62,007 nt of DNA from positions 1-62,007 of the forward strand of contig CACGIM010000003.1 in the NCBI GenBank assembly GCA_902573115.1, in the 5' to 3' direction. Below are positions 12,950-22,776 of this stretch, piece after piece; positions within the stretch are counted from its first letter, which is position 1; each line of letters starts with the position of its first letter. The notes under the pieces are model-generated. The model did not search any database. It was given only the letters and a program-made list of their open reading frames with translations, and was not told the DNA's origin. A program made the translations under genes and the position numbers. The stretch is from an uncultured Candidatus Poseidoniales archaeon. GTDB taxonomy: Archaea > Thermoplasmatota > Poseidoniia > Poseidoniales > Thalassarchaeaceae.

Positions 12950-14157
12950 AATATTGAGTAATCAACATCCGATTTATCAATTCTAGAAATTACCTCTGGC
13001 AATGGATACTTCAAACCCGTCGCGGTATTGAACAAAACAACGTTATCATCAGGTGAGACCAATCCTTTCTCAATCGATTTCTGATAGGCAACTGCGGTGG
13101 CTGCTCCTTCTGGGCACATCAATAATCCATCTCTCTTTCCAATTTCATTCTGGATATTCAAAGTTTCTTCATCAGTGACTGACATGGCGAATCCCCCTGA
13201 AGCCCTAACTGCTTCTAATATCAAGAAATCTCCTAGTGCCGATGGAACCCTGATGCCGGACGAAATCGTCTCTGCCCCTTCCCAAAACTCTGCGAATTCC
13301 CTCTCTTCTTTCCATGCCTTAACAATGGGCGCGCAACCAGTAGACTGTACCGCTACCATCCTAGGTAATTCACAGTCCATCCATCCTAGCTCCAATAATT
13401 CATGAAATCCTTTCCACATCCCAATGATTCCTGTTCCTCCTCCAGTTGGGTAGAATATCACATCGGGCAATTTCCAATTCATTTGTTCAGCTAGCTCTAG
13501 ACCCATCGTTTTCTTTCCTTCTATCCTATATGGTTCTTTGAGGGTGGATACTGGAAACCAGTCCAAATCGCCCTCGGAAATTATCTTCCCACACTCGCCA
13601 ATTAATCCATTTACCAAATGTGTGTTCGCCCCTTGTATGGCAGTCTCTCTAACATTAATTTCAGGAGTATCATCTGGGCACAATACCGTAGTCTTAATGC
13701 CTGCTCTAGAAGCATAGGCCGCTAGTGCAGATCCAGCATTTCCATTCGTGGGAATTGCCAGATGAAGCACTCCAAGCTCCTTCGCCATCGATACTGCTAA
13801 TCCTAGTCCTCTGGCCTTGAAAGATCCAGTAGGAAGTCTGGATTCGTCCTTTACTGTGACTTTACCAGACCCACAACCAAGCAAAGCTGCCGAGTCCATC
13901 AACTCAACCAAAGGAGTGACAACCTCGCCAAGTGAGATTCTGTTTTGTTCTTTAGTGACGGGTAACAGTGGGGCGTACTTCCAAAAACCCGGTTCTCCAG
14001 ATTCCTCAATTCTTGATCTCGGAATCTCTTCTTTCAATGCCCTTAAGTCATATTTCACTAACAGAGGCTTCCCTTCTTCGGAAACCGTATGGGCCACTCC
14101 ACTATCGTATCTCTTTCCTGTAAAGGAGCATTCAAGGTGACTGACGTAGGTTTTCAT
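12946..14157 (-). CDS. thrC: Threonine synthase-like PLP enzyme
   Basis: KDESRLPTGSFKARG (PLP lysine), PTNGNAG, YRIEGKKTMGLE, YPTGGGTG, NTATGLKY. Substrate not provable from sequence. Confidence 0.8.
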   Translation of the reverse strand: MKTYVSHLECSFTGKRYDSGVAHTVSEEGKPLLVKYDLRALKEEIPRSRIEESGEPGFWKYAPLLPVTKEQNRISLGEVVTPLVELMDSAALLGCGSGKVTVKDESRLPTGSFKARGLGLAVSMAKELGVLHLAIPTNGNAGSALAAYASRAGIKTTVLCPDDTPEINVRETAIQGANTHLVNGLIGECGKIISEGDLDWFPVSTLKEPYRIEGKKTMGLELAEQMNWKLPDVIFYPTGGGTGIIGMWKGFHELLELGWMDCELPRMVAVQSTGCAPIVKAWKEEREFAEFWEGAETISSGIRVPSALGDFLILEAVRASGGFAMSVTDEETLNIQNEIGKRDGLLMCPEGAATAVAYQKSIEKGLVSPDDNVVLFNTATGLKYPLPEVISRIDKSDVDYSIF

Positions 14158-14193
14158 GATTTTTGAAGACCCGGTATGAAAATGAACATACCG

Positions 14194-14424
14194 CTAGATT
14201 GCCGTCGGAGCCACATGATCATCACCCTTGTACCCGTGCCCCCTAACCCTAGACCATATTCTTTTCATAAGCCTAGAATGGCATTTTTCGCAGTAATTAA
14301 ATCTCATATATGCTTCTCTGAACGAATACGCTTTATTTCCACTTGAGACCAGAAATCCATCGGGAGACAATCTACTGACCCTGCTCGCATCCTCCTCACA
14401 TTTATCCATGTCGCATTTAGACAT
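14194..14424 (-). CDS. Small Cys-rich hypothetical protein
   Basis: CDMDKC...CEKCH; start overlaps the upstream BCCP stop (translational coupling). Confidence 0.6.
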   Translation of the reverse strand: MSKCDMDKCEEDASRVSRLSPDGFLVSSGNKAYSFREAYMRFNYCEKCHSRLMKRIWSRVRGHGYKGDDHVAPTAI

Positions 14425-14824
14425 TATCGACCCTCACGCTTTCAATTTCCAACAACGGGACATTGGCCTCCACTCTATGGCCCGTGGCACAACTCACTTT
14501 TCTTATCACACCACCTAGTGGTGCCTTAATCTCGTTCTGCATCTTCATGGCTTCAAGAATTAAAACGACTTCACCCTGTTTCACCTCTTCGCCCTCCGAA
14601 ACAAGAATTGAAACTACCTTTCCTGGAATAGCGGAACTAACAATTCCAGAACCCATTTGCTCTTTCCTTGTTGACATCTTACGCCTTTTCTTCGGCTTAA
14701 TCATTGCTTCCGATTCAACTTTGAATTTTTTCCCGTTTATGGATACTTCCCAGTTATTGTCTTTCATCATTATGTCGACTTCGAACTCCTCTCCGTCGAC
14801 TTTAATCTTCCTTTTTTCAGACAA
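14417..14824 (-). CDS. Biotin carboxyl carrier protein
   Basis: ILEAMKMQNEIKAP biotinylation motif; SAIPGKVV. Confidence 0.93.
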   Translation of the reverse strand: MSEKRKIKVDGEEFEVDIMMKDNNWEVSINGKKFKVESEAMIKPKKRRKMSTRKEQMGSGIVSSAIPGKVVSILVSEGEEVKQGEVVLILEAMKMQNEIKAPLGGVIRKVSCATGHRVEANVPLLEIESVRVDNV

Positions 14825-14828
14825 TTGA

Positions 14829-15023
14829 TCACCTGTTCGCGCTTCTACCAGACTTAGTTCTCAAGATTGATCTCCTTCCTACGGAAACTCTTCTGTGGTC
14901 GATACTCCATTTTGCCCCTCCATCCCTGCCTTTGGAAGGGCGAATAGATAGGCCGGCAGACTCCTCGATTAGAACAGCCACAATTGCAACAGCTAGTAGT
15001 TTGTCTACCTCACCTTCACTCAT
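14829..15023 (-). CDS. Small accessory subunit of acyl-CoA carboxylase/decarboxylase (delta/epsilon-like)
   Basis: LAVAIVAVL stretch and a W...R...GR tail; lies between carboxyltransferase and BCCP. Start taken at ATG 15023. Confidence 0.55.
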   Translation of the reverse strand: MSEGEVDKLLAVAIVAVLIEESAGLSIRPSKGRDGGAKWSIDHRRVSVGRRSILRTKSGRSANR

Positions 15024-15027
15024 CGTA

Positions 15028-16581
15028 TCACAACGGTATGTTTCCATGCTTCTTCTCGGGACGGGACTCTTCCTTTTCCAGTAGGGCTCCTAGAGCCTTG
15101 ATAAGTACAACTCTACTTTCACGAGGGGGGATGACATCGTCTAAGTACCCCAAAGCTGCCGCTTTGTACGGGTTTGCGAAGGTCTCTTCGTAGTCATCCA
15201 CAAGTCTTTCCCGTTCTTGCTCTGGGTTCTTCGAACTAGCAATCCTCCTTCTGTGGATAATCTGTACCGCCCCCTTTGCACCCATTACCGCTAGCTCGGC
15301 AGTCGGCCAAGCAATATTGTAATCGCCTCGAATATGTTTTGAGGACATCACGTCATATGCCCCTCCGTATGCCTTTCTAGTAATCACAGTTAGTTTTGGA
15401 ACAGTAGCCTCGGCAAACGCGTACAATAATTTCGCTCCATGCCTTATTATGCCCCCCCACTCTTGACTAGCCCCCGGAAGAAAACCCGGTACATCCACGA
15501 AAGTAAGAATGGGGATGTTGAAGGCATCACAAAACCTGACAAACCTTGCAGCTTTCACTGAAGCGTCTATATCCAGACAACCTGCAAGGTGCAATGGCTG
15601 GTTGGCAACAATCCCAATCGACTGTCCACCAAGTCTTCCAATGCCCACAATAATATTACGGGCAAAATCAGCCTGTATCTCCAAAAAACTGTCCGAATCC
15701 AATACTTCCACTATGGCATCGAGCATGTCATATGGGACGCTAGAGTCTTCAGGTACCAGATTCTCAAGATCTTCGCAAAAACGATCAAGTGGGTCCTTTG
15801 TCTCCTTTATTGGGGCTCTTTCGAGATTGTTTGAAGGTATCAGTTCGACTAATTCCCTAACTATTTCAAGTGCATTTTCGTCATTTTCGGCCGTGAAATG
15901 AGTGACTCCAGATTTAGTAGCATGGGTGGAAGCCCCTCCTAGATCCTCAAAGCCAACCTCTTCATTTGTGACGGTTTTGATAACTTCAGGACCCGTTATG
16001 AACATGTGTGAGGTATCCTCCACCATCACGACAAAATCAGTAATTGCCGGGGAATAAACTGCACCCCCGGCACATGGCCCCATTATCACTGATATTTGGG
16101 GGATTACTCCGCTCGACCTTACGTTTCTGAAAAATATTTCAGCATAAGACCCAAGACTTGCCACTCCTTCTTGTATCCTAGCACCCCCACTATCGTTTAG
16201 CCCAATTACAGGTGCTCCAGTCTTCAATGCCATGTCCAGAATCTTGCATATCTTGAGTCCGTGCATCTCCCCAAGGGAACCACCGTAAACTGTGAAATCC
16301 TGTGCAAAACAGTACACCAATCTGCCATCAATTGTTCCATGCCCGCAGACGACCCCGTCACCCGGAATTACATTCCTATCCATCTCAAAATCCCTGCACC
16401 TATGTTCTACAAGGGCATCAACCTCTACGAAGGACTCAGAATCTAGAAGTTGATCTATCCTTTCTCTAGCGGTCAATTTCCCCCTAGCATGTTGCGCAGA
16501 AACCCTTTCTTGTCCACCTCCGGATATTGACTTGGCCTTTCTTCGCCTCAAGTCATCAATCCTCTCAGAGTCCTCACTCAT
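15028..16581 (-). CDS. Acyl-CoA carboxyltransferase (propionyl-CoA carboxylase beta / methylmalonyl-CoA decarboxylase alpha)
   Basis: [63 protein letters not shown]. Confidence 0.96.
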   Translation of the reverse strand: MSEDSERIDDLRRRKAKSISGGGQERVSAQHARGKLTARERIDQLLDSESFVEVDALVEHRCRDFEMDRNVIPGDGVVCGHGTIDGRLVYCFAQDFTVYGGSLGEMHGLKICKILDMALKTGAPVIGLNDSGGARIQEGVASLGSYAEIFFRNVRSSGVIPQISVIMGPCAGGAVYSPAITDFVVMVEDTSHMFITGPEVIKTVTNEEVGFEDLGGASTHATKSGVTHFTAENDENALEIVRELVELIPSNNLERAPIKETKDPLDRFCEDLENLVPEDSSVPYDMLDAIVEVLDSDSFLEIQADFARNIIVGIGRLGGQSIGIVANQPLHLAGCLDIDASVKAARFVRFCDAFNIPILTFVDVPGFLPGASQEWGGIIRHGAKLLYAFAEATVPKLTVITRKAYGGAYDVMSSKHIRGDYNIAWPTAELAVMGAKGAVQIIHRRRIASSKNPEQERERLVDDYEETFANPYKAAALGYLDDVIPPRESRVVLIKALGALLEKEESRPEKKHGNIPL

Positions 16582-16685
16582 GACCCGCTTTACGAGACTA
16601 GGCCGCCCATGAGCATTCCTAAAGCAGCCCTCAATACTACTTGCGGTTCCTTGAAGTCATATTGCCATTTGGAACACCTTGTTGT

Positions 16686-17123
16686 ATGAGGATCGTAATC
16701 GCTAAGCCAGGCCTTGATGGTCACGACAGAGGGGCCAAAGTTGTCGCAAGAGCTCTCAGAGATGGCGGTCATGATGTCATCTACACAGGACTCAGAAAGA
16801 CCCCCGATGAGATAGTTAGAATAGTCAATGACGAGGATGCCGAGGTTCTCGGCCTTTCCACTCTTTCTGGAGCACACGACTCATTGATTCCAAAAATTTG
16901 TCAGAAATTAAAGATATCAGGCCTATCTAATGTAGTGGTATTTGCAGGCGGTATTATACCTGATAGGGACAGGTCTGATCTCCATAATTCAGGAGTAAGG
17001 GCAGTTTTCGGACCGGGAACTCCAACTTCCGACATACTGCATTTTCTCGAGGAAGTCAAATCCAGAAAAAATAAGCACCAAGAAGTTGGTGTAGGTCAAG
17101 ATCCGGGGTGGCACTGGAATTGA
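16686..17123 (+). CDS. Methylmalonyl-CoA mutase, B12-binding small subunit
   Basis: AKPGLDGHDRGAKVV...GLSTLSGAH...GGIIP...FGPGT; start at ATG 16686. Confidence 0.95.
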   Translation: MRIVIAKPGLDGHDRGAKVVARALRDGGHDVIYTGLRKTPDEIVRIVNDEDAEVLGLSTLSGAHDSLIPKICQKLKISGLSNVVVFAGGIIPDRDRSDLHNSGVRAVFGPGTPTSDILHFLEEVKSRKNKHQEVGVGQDPGWHWN

Positions 17124-18001
17124 ATGAGGCTCAGGAACTGTTTAAATCAGCTAAGAATGGTGATCGCAGGAGCCTATCTAGGTTAATGACCTCAATAGAG
17201 TCGGGAAACATTCCAAATCTTGAGAGAAAGCAATGCTGGACACTGGGAATAACAGGGCCACCAGGGGTTGGTAAATCAACTCTAATTGGGCAGATGATTA
17301 GTCATTGGTTGGTTAAGGGCCATAGAGTCGCAATACTCGCTTTAGACCCAACTTCTCCTGTTTCGGGCGGTTCTTTTCTTGCGGATAGGGTAAGAATGGA
17401 TCAAGCGGATTTGAGTGAGGAGGTGTTTGTTAGGTCAATTGCTTCCGGTTCGAACACAGGGGGAATTCCAAACTATCTCGGAGAGATGTGCTTCGCATTA
17501 TCCGAATGTGGTTGGACCCGGATATTGATTGAGACAGTAGGTACTGGTCAATATGACATCAGGATTTTTGGATACGCTCAGAGAGTTTTACTCCTAGATG
17601 GCCCTGACAGAGGTGATATTATTCAGGCCGAAAAGGCAGGAATTCTTGAATTGGCAGATTTTATTGCAGTAAACAAATCTGATCTGCCAGGATCAGAGTC
17701 TGCGGTTCAGGGCCTAAAACTATCACTTGGGTTGTCTGAAAATGAAAAAAGGAAGGTACATCTTGTATCGGCATTAGAAGGAACTGGAATTGCCGATCTA
17801 ATTTCAACGATTGACTCCTGTGAGATAAATGACTCAAGAAGGAAGATCAGAATGAGGGAGATGCTAATTTCAAATTGGGATTCGTTATTGCTCAATCATT
17901 CACAAATCGACTTATATCTAGAAAAGCTATGTAGCGGTTCTATAACTGTAAATGACGCCATTAATTCTATGGTTAGAGAAATAATATCGAGGGGAGAATA
18001 G
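17108..18001 (+). CDS. meaB: MeaB/ArgK GTPase chaperone of methylmalonyl-CoA mutase
   Basis: GITGPPGVGKSTL, DPTSPVSGGSFLADRVRM, IETVGTGQ, IQAEKAGILE, VNKSD. Confidence 0.92.
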   Translation: MALELNEAQELFKSAKNGDRRSLSRLMTSIESGNIPNLERKQCWTLGITGPPGVGKSTLIGQMISHWLVKGHRVAILALDPTSPVSGGSFLADRVRMDQADLSEEVFVRSIASGSNTGGIPNYLGEMCFALSECGWTRILIETVGTGQYDIRIFGYAQRVLLLDGPDRGDIIQAEKAGILELADFIAVNKSDLPGSESAVQGLKLSLGLSENEKRKVHLVSALEGTGIADLISTIDSCEINDSRRKIRMREMLISNWDSLLLNHSQIDLYLEKLCSGSITVNDAINSMVREIISRGE

Positions 18002-18002
18002 C

Positions 18003-18671
18003 ATGGATGCCCAAAAAAAAGATATTTTCGTAGATCACGTAGAGCACTCCGTTGGTGGATTTGGAGGACACGCTTTCAGGAGATTGACACATATTTCTAT
18101 GATCATAGTACCCTATTTGTACTACGTTCACGGAGAGGAAATTGCCTCCACAATAACATTCGATAATTTTTCAGCTAGGGAATTTGTTAGTGCATTCTGT
18201 ATTCTCATTCTTACTGTGGAGGCTATCCGACTTAGGACCGGCATTGTCATCATAGGCCAAAGAGAATACGAGTCAAGCCAGATTTCAGCTCTTGCCTGGG
18301 GATCTATCGCTGTCTCCTTAGCACTCCTTACAGCACCTACGGAAGGAAAAGATGGAGTACAATTGACGGGAATAAAGTCTGGATTGTATGGGGTTCCACT
18401 AATCCTGGGAATGACATTGGTTGATCCACTAATGGGCGAGGTTAAGAGAATAAAGAAGGACTTAGGGATGGCAATAATACTCGGGATTCTTGCATCATAC
18501 TCGATTTGGATGGGGTGCTACTTATGGCTCGGAACAGATTTCATCGCCTCGCTCCTACTCGCCCCTTTGACCGTGGCCGGTGAATTGCCAAGAAACCACC
18601 TGGTCGATGACAATGCAACTATGGTGCTTTTCCCTCTTGCCGGACTAATACTACTTTTGCCATTCCTTTGA
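18003..18671 (+). CDS. Membrane protein, dolichol/phytol kinase-like (CTP-dependent) family
   Basis: RRLTH, VDPLMG and VDDNATM resemble the family motifs; about 7 TM helices. Confidence 0.55.
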   Translation: MDAQKKDIFVDHVEHSVGGFGGHAFRRLTHISMIIVPYLYYVHGEEIASTITFDNFSAREFVSAFCILILTVEAIRLRTGIVIIGQREYESSQISALAWGSIAVSLALLTAPTEGKDGVQLTGIKSGLYGVPLILGMTLVDPLMGEVKRIKKDLGMAIILGILASYSIWMGCYLWLGTDFIASLLLAPLTVAGELPRNHLVDDNATMVLFPLAGLILLLPFL

Positions 18672-18995
18672 TTGACTTCCCGCCAAGTTTACATTCTAAT
18701 TTCCGACCCAGAGAGTATGGACTCATCTGGGACGGATTCTCCTCCCTCGAAGATCGATGATACAACGGAGAAAATGGCGGATCTAGCTACAGAAATACAA
18801 CAGGCCGTTGATGAATCAATCGGAGAGATGGAGGAAATTACTACCGAGCTTCAAGAAACAGAAGGCATGGAAAGTCAAACCTCGAATGATTCAGAGTTTG
18901 TTATGTGGGAATCACCACTCAAGCAGAGCACATACATGTTCATCTGGGCACTTGCATCGCTAGGGTCCTTTGCAGTCTTTTTCAGATACTTCTGA
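18672..18995 (+). CDS. Hypothetical acidic protein with C-terminal TM helix
   Basis: Acidic helical body and YMFIWALASLGSFAVFF; true start may be ATG 18717. Confidence 0.5.
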   Translation: MTSRQVYILISDPESMDSSGTDSPPSKIDDTTEKMADLATEIQQAVDESIGEMEEITTELQETEGMESQTSNDSEFVMWESPLKQSTYMFIWALASLGSFAVFFRYF

Positions 18996-19280
18996 AGCAA
19001 ATGCCTCAACGCCCTCTTCTTTGAGAAGCCTCTTCTTCTGTTTTGAACCGCCGGGACCGCTGTAACCCCCAATTCTACCATCAGACCGAATTACTCTGTG
19101 ACAAGGCACAGCTATTGGGTGGGGATTTTTCGAACATGCGTTTGCGACAGCCCTAGCCGCATTCGGTCTTCCTATTGCCACTGCTACATCTTTGTATGTC
19201 ACTGTTGTGCCTCGTGGAATATTCTTGATTTGGTCCCATACCATTCTCTGGAATGCAGTGCTATTTGACTCTCCAGTCAT
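18960..19280 (-). CDS. ogt: O6-methylguanine-DNA methyltransferase (MGMT, C-terminal domain only)
   Basis: IPRGTTVTYKDVA, AARAVANAC, VPCHRVI active site. Confidence 0.92.
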   Translation of the reverse strand: MTGESNSTAFQRMVWDQIKNIPRGTTVTYKDVAVAIGRPNAARAVANACSKNPHPIAVPCHRVIRSDGRIGGYSGPGGSKQKKRLLKEEGVEAFASEVSEKDCKGP

Positions 19281-19582
19281 TCACTTTCTTCCTTCGACTT
19301 TTCTTCAGGCTCTTCTGATTCGCCCATTCCGATGATTTCATAATTAGAAGGGAAAAGAGCGATTGCAACGCCAAAAATAATGCAACCCAGTCCAAACCAG
19401 AAAGATTTTCTGATCATCAATTCCATGCCAATCGCAAAAAGTATCAGTCCACCTACATTGGACACCCACACCAGGGTCTTGAAGGTGGACAAGGATACGC
19501 CAGTCGACCTCTTTGATCGCTTAGGCCCAAACTCCGCACCGAATCTAACCGGGTCACTTTTTGCCACTTTCTCACCTGTCAA
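19277..19582 (-). CDS. Small 2-TM membrane protein
   Basis: Two hydrophobic helices; overlaps both neighbours in the operon. Confidence 0.6.
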   Translation of the reverse strand: MTGEKVAKSDPVRFGAEFGPKRSKRSTGVSLSTFKTLVWVSNVGGLILFAIGMELMIRKSFWFGLGCIIFGVAIALFPSNYEIIGMGESEEPEEKSKEESE

Positions 19583-19934
19583 TCATAATTATGGCATCAG
19601 TTGGGCAACCTAGAACGCATAGTTTGCATCCCGTGCAGGGGTCCCTGAGTATTCTGGCCTTCCTGTTTACCTCTATATCCATTATTGGACTTGCCATCGG
19701 GGTATCGTAGAGCTCAATGGCATCATCGTCACAGACTATTGTACACTGGTCACATCCAATACACTGTTCTTCTTTGACCCATGCGACCCTATCCTCTCCC
19801 CCGATTATCTTTGCTTCCTCTTCAGCTTTCATAGAATTGAGCATTATCCTTATTCTAGACTGCTCCGCAGCTCTCCTCTCTAAAAGATCGGGAATATCTG
19901 TCATGTAATTCATTATCCCGCATGCGGTTTGCAT
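19572..19934 (-). CDS. 2[4Fe-4S] ferredoxin-like protein
   Basis: CIGCDQCTIVC and CTGCKLCVLGCP. Confidence 0.88.
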   Translation of the reverse strand: MQTACGIMNYMTDIPDLLERRAAEQSRIRIMLNSMKAEEEAKIIGGEDRVAWVKEEQCIGCDQCTIVCDDDAIELYDTPMASPIMDIEVNRKARILRDPCTGCKLCVLGCPTDAIIMIDR

Positions 19935-19958
19935 TTATGATAGTGAGTTCCTTGTTCC

Positions 19959-22766
19959 CTACTTAGATTCATTGATCTGCCTTGCAAGGAAACTTACTAC
20001 ATCGAGTATTTCGAAGTCGTATCTAGGATCGCCCTCAAATTTCAAACACTCGAAGTGAGCCACGCATTTCGGGCAAGTAGTCAACATTATGTCGGCCCCA
20101 GTCGCCCTCACCTCATCGAATCTTTGGACTCTGAGCGCCCTGCTATTCTCGTTGCAGGACATCATACTAGATACTCCGCAGCATAGAGCGTCTTCCCCCG
20201 TATGCTCCATCTCAACCATGCTTACTCCATCCACAGAATTCACTAGGTCCCGAGGTTCGTCGTAGATGTTCATCTGTCTTCCAAGTCTACAAGGATCATG
20301 GTAAGTCACAGTCACTTCGTCATCAGTTTTCAGGCTCATGTCGAATCCCTTTTCCACTAAGAATTCCGTTGTGTGCATGACCTTCATTTCGTCTAATTCG
20401 TAATCCATAGCAAAAGTTCTGAAGCACTCCGCGCAAGAAGTCACCAGTGTCTCAATTCCACTCTCCCCCAGTTTCTTCTGATTGTACGCCTTTAGTTTCT
20501 CAAACACCTCGGTCATACCCTGCCATTTCTGATCGTGCCCGCAACACTTCAGGAAATCCCTTCCGAGATATGTGACTTCTTCCCCCATCTCCTTGAAAAT
20601 GGTGAAAGCCGATGTTGTGGTATCGCCTAAGTCCATCTCGCCCTTATTCAGGTGGCTGAAAACCATCTCCTGATCTATGTAGTCTACACATCCGGGATAG
20701 TATCCCACGCTGGAGTCTAACGGGTATTCCTCGACGGGTATGAAGGACTCATCTGCATCCTCCTCGGCCTCAGCTGCAAGAACCGCTTGAAGGACAGTAT
20801 GAGGTATCTCTGTAGCCGGAGGGCCACCTACGACAAGATTCCTCCTAATGTCGATGTAAGAGTCGTAGTCGACCAATTGTGGACATGCGTTCGTGCAAGC
20901 GGTACATGTTAGGCACGAATAGAGTGGCACACCATCGTCTTCGTTATTCCACGTATTGTAGATGATATTCAACTTATCACCGGCATTGAACAGTCTGACT
21001 GGGCACGCATCGTCACAAAGGTCACATCCGTAGCATTTGTTCATCTCCCACTCATAGCCCCTGGCCATACTCCTCATCATCATGAAAACTAGTGCCCCTA
21101 CTCCCAGACAAGGTATGAACAGCGAATAGATTAGCTTAGCATCAAGACTCTTTGGGTTCTTCTGGAAAGTAGGGTTGTTGACAGACATAGTAGAGAGCTC
21201 CTCAGTACTAAGGCTGACATCGGATCTCATCAGGGCCGTACCATCTTCAGCCAAGAGAAGGGGCTGGTAGGATACTGCAGAGTAGTCGGATATCATAGTA
21301 ACGGAATCGTTCACTCCCTCCGTACTGAGGCCGAATGTTATGGTGTATGTTGAGCCTGCATCAAGATATAGTGTTGTAGAGTCGCACGTGACCCCGTCGT
21401 TACTCCAAACCAAATCTCCCGCAGAGTCTGTAAGTGCAAGGCTTTGCATGTGAGTCCCAGCACCCCTAACTGTTGTCCTAAAGTTACAACCTACGTCAGT
21501 GGGCACCTTCTCCATCCCCAGGTCTTCAACTAGGAAAGAGGATGCGTGCTCTGACACTATCGGGCTTCCGTCTTCCAACCCATCGTAAATAATTTCATCG
21601 GCCCCTATATTTCTCCCTGTTTGGGCGTCAGCGTGACCATTATCTCCGGAGAAATCTATTATGTCGGCTCTAGTAGGCTGATAGATTCCCCAATTAACCC
21701 AATGAACTGCTGGTAAAACGCACCAATCCGCGTAATCGTCTCCTTCATGCATTGAATCCCACACATCGAGATTGCTGGTCGTCTCGTACGGAAGACACTC
21801 GCCTTTCCAGTCGTCCCAGACGTTCCCAGTTTCTACATGGACCAGTGTATCAGAGGGTTGCCCTCTTATTCCATCAAGCTCTTCGATTTTTGCGTCGTAC
21901 TGGTATTCCCAGAAACCCATGGTGCCTAGTCCTCTCTGGTTCCAAAAGCCATTCTCGTACATCGGCCATGTGACGGTACAAAGAAGGATGGTAGTGATCA
22001 ATGACCCGACAGCTATCTGCCTTCCTAGGAAAGGAGTGAGTCTTGATCCCATTGGGCCCAATAGGAACTTCCTCACAGAGAAGTAGAGAATAACAAAAAT
22101 AAAGATTCCAGTTAGAATCCATGGGACGGCATTGAAAACCTCCGCGGTCCAAGGAGCTTGAGTTCCACACATGAATGAACCATGAGAGTTTGCCCAACAG
22201 TAATCAGTTCTATTTTGGGCGTACAACTCCAGGAAGATATTGATGGCAAAAACTGAGATGAACCACACGTGCGCCAAATATGCAGCTCCGGCGGAAGCAA
22301 ACCATGGATCTTCGACGCCCCTCTTCTCTCTCTTGCCGAGAATGAATGGCGGTAGCGCCAAGATTGTCACAGGAATGCCCGTGATCAGGGCGCCCCACCA
22401 GCCTGCGTTCCAGGATATTATGGGCTGGCCAAAGAACTCACCTATAGGTCCCGCCGGAATATCGAATTGAGGCAAATATTCCCCCCACCTCAAGTATCCG
22501 TAAGAGAATAGAACGTACCAGTCGGGGAATACGAAACCTGCCTGAGCGTAAGGGTCCGCCGCGTTGTGTAGTGGTGGTGGTATGACCCAGGCGTAAAATG
22601 CAATAACCATCACTATAGATGAGAAAATTATGGTGTCTCTCAAGACCTCGGTTGGGAAAGAGTGCCCAGTGAAAACCCTCCTTCTCTCGTCCTCTGCCTC
22701 AAGAAGCTGCTCCTTCTCAGCAATGTACGTGTCAGCAATTCTCCCAAATCGTTGTAGTAATCCCAT
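19959..22766 (-). CDS. Cytochrome b6 subunit IV (PetD-like) fused to an extracellular domain and an HdrD/GlpC-like 2[4Fe-4S]+CCG module
   Basis: N-terminal FPTEVLRD...NAADP...FPDWY (PEWY-like); later CYGCDLCDDACP, CLTCTACTNACP, YYPGC, KCCG, VTSCAEC, YHDPCRLGR, LCCG, TTCPKC. ATG 22766 follows GGGTGA. Confidence 0.9.
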   Translation of the reverse strand: MGLLQRFGRIADTYIAEKEQLLEAEDERRRVFTGHSFPTEVLRDTIIFSSIVMVIAFYAWVIPPPLHNAADPYAQAGFVFPDWYVLFSYGYLRWGEYLPQFDIPAGPIGEFFGQPIISWNAGWWGALITGIPVTILALPPFILGKREKRGVEDPWFASAGAAYLAHVWFISVFAINIFLELYAQNRTDYCWANSHGSFMCGTQAPWTAEVFNAVPWILTGIFIFVILYFSVRKFLLGPMGSRLTPFLGRQIAVGSLITTILLCTVTWPMYENGFWNQRGLGTMGFWEYQYDAKIEELDGIRGQPSDTLVHVETGNVWDDWKGECLPYETTSNLDVWDSMHEGDDYADWCVLPAVHWVNWGIYQPTRADIIDFSGDNGHADAQTGRNIGADEIIYDGLEDGSPIVSEHASSFLVEDLGMEKVPTDVGCNFRTTVRGAGTHMQSLALTDSAGDLVWSNDGVTCDSTTLYLDAGSTYTITFGLSTEGVNDSVTMISDYSAVSYQPLLLAEDGTALMRSDVSLSTEELSTMSVNNPTFQKNPKSLDAKLIYSLFIPCLGVGALVFMMMRSMARGYEWEMNKCYGCDLCDDACPVRLFNAGDKLNIIYNTWNNEDDGVPLYSCLTCTACTNACPQLVDYDSYIDIRRNLVVGGPPATEIPHTVLQAVLAAEAEEDADESFIPVEEYPLDSSVGYYPGCVDYIDQEMVFSHLNKGEMDLGDTTTSAFTIFKEMGEEVTYLGRDFLKCCGHDQKWQGMTEVFEKLKAYNQKKLGESGIETLVTSCAECFRTFAMDYELDEMKVMHTTEFLVEKGFDMSLKTDDEVTVTYHDPCRLGRQMNIYDEPRDLVNSVDGVSMVEMEHTGEDALCCGVSSMMSCNENSRALRVQRFDEVRATGADIMLTTCPKCVAHFECLKFEGDPRYDFEILDVVSFLARQINESK

Positions 22767-22776
22767 AATATCACCC

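Noticed and set aside
14270-14300. CEKCH as a heme c site
   Set aside because: No export signal in this 76 aa protein; Zn binding is more likely.
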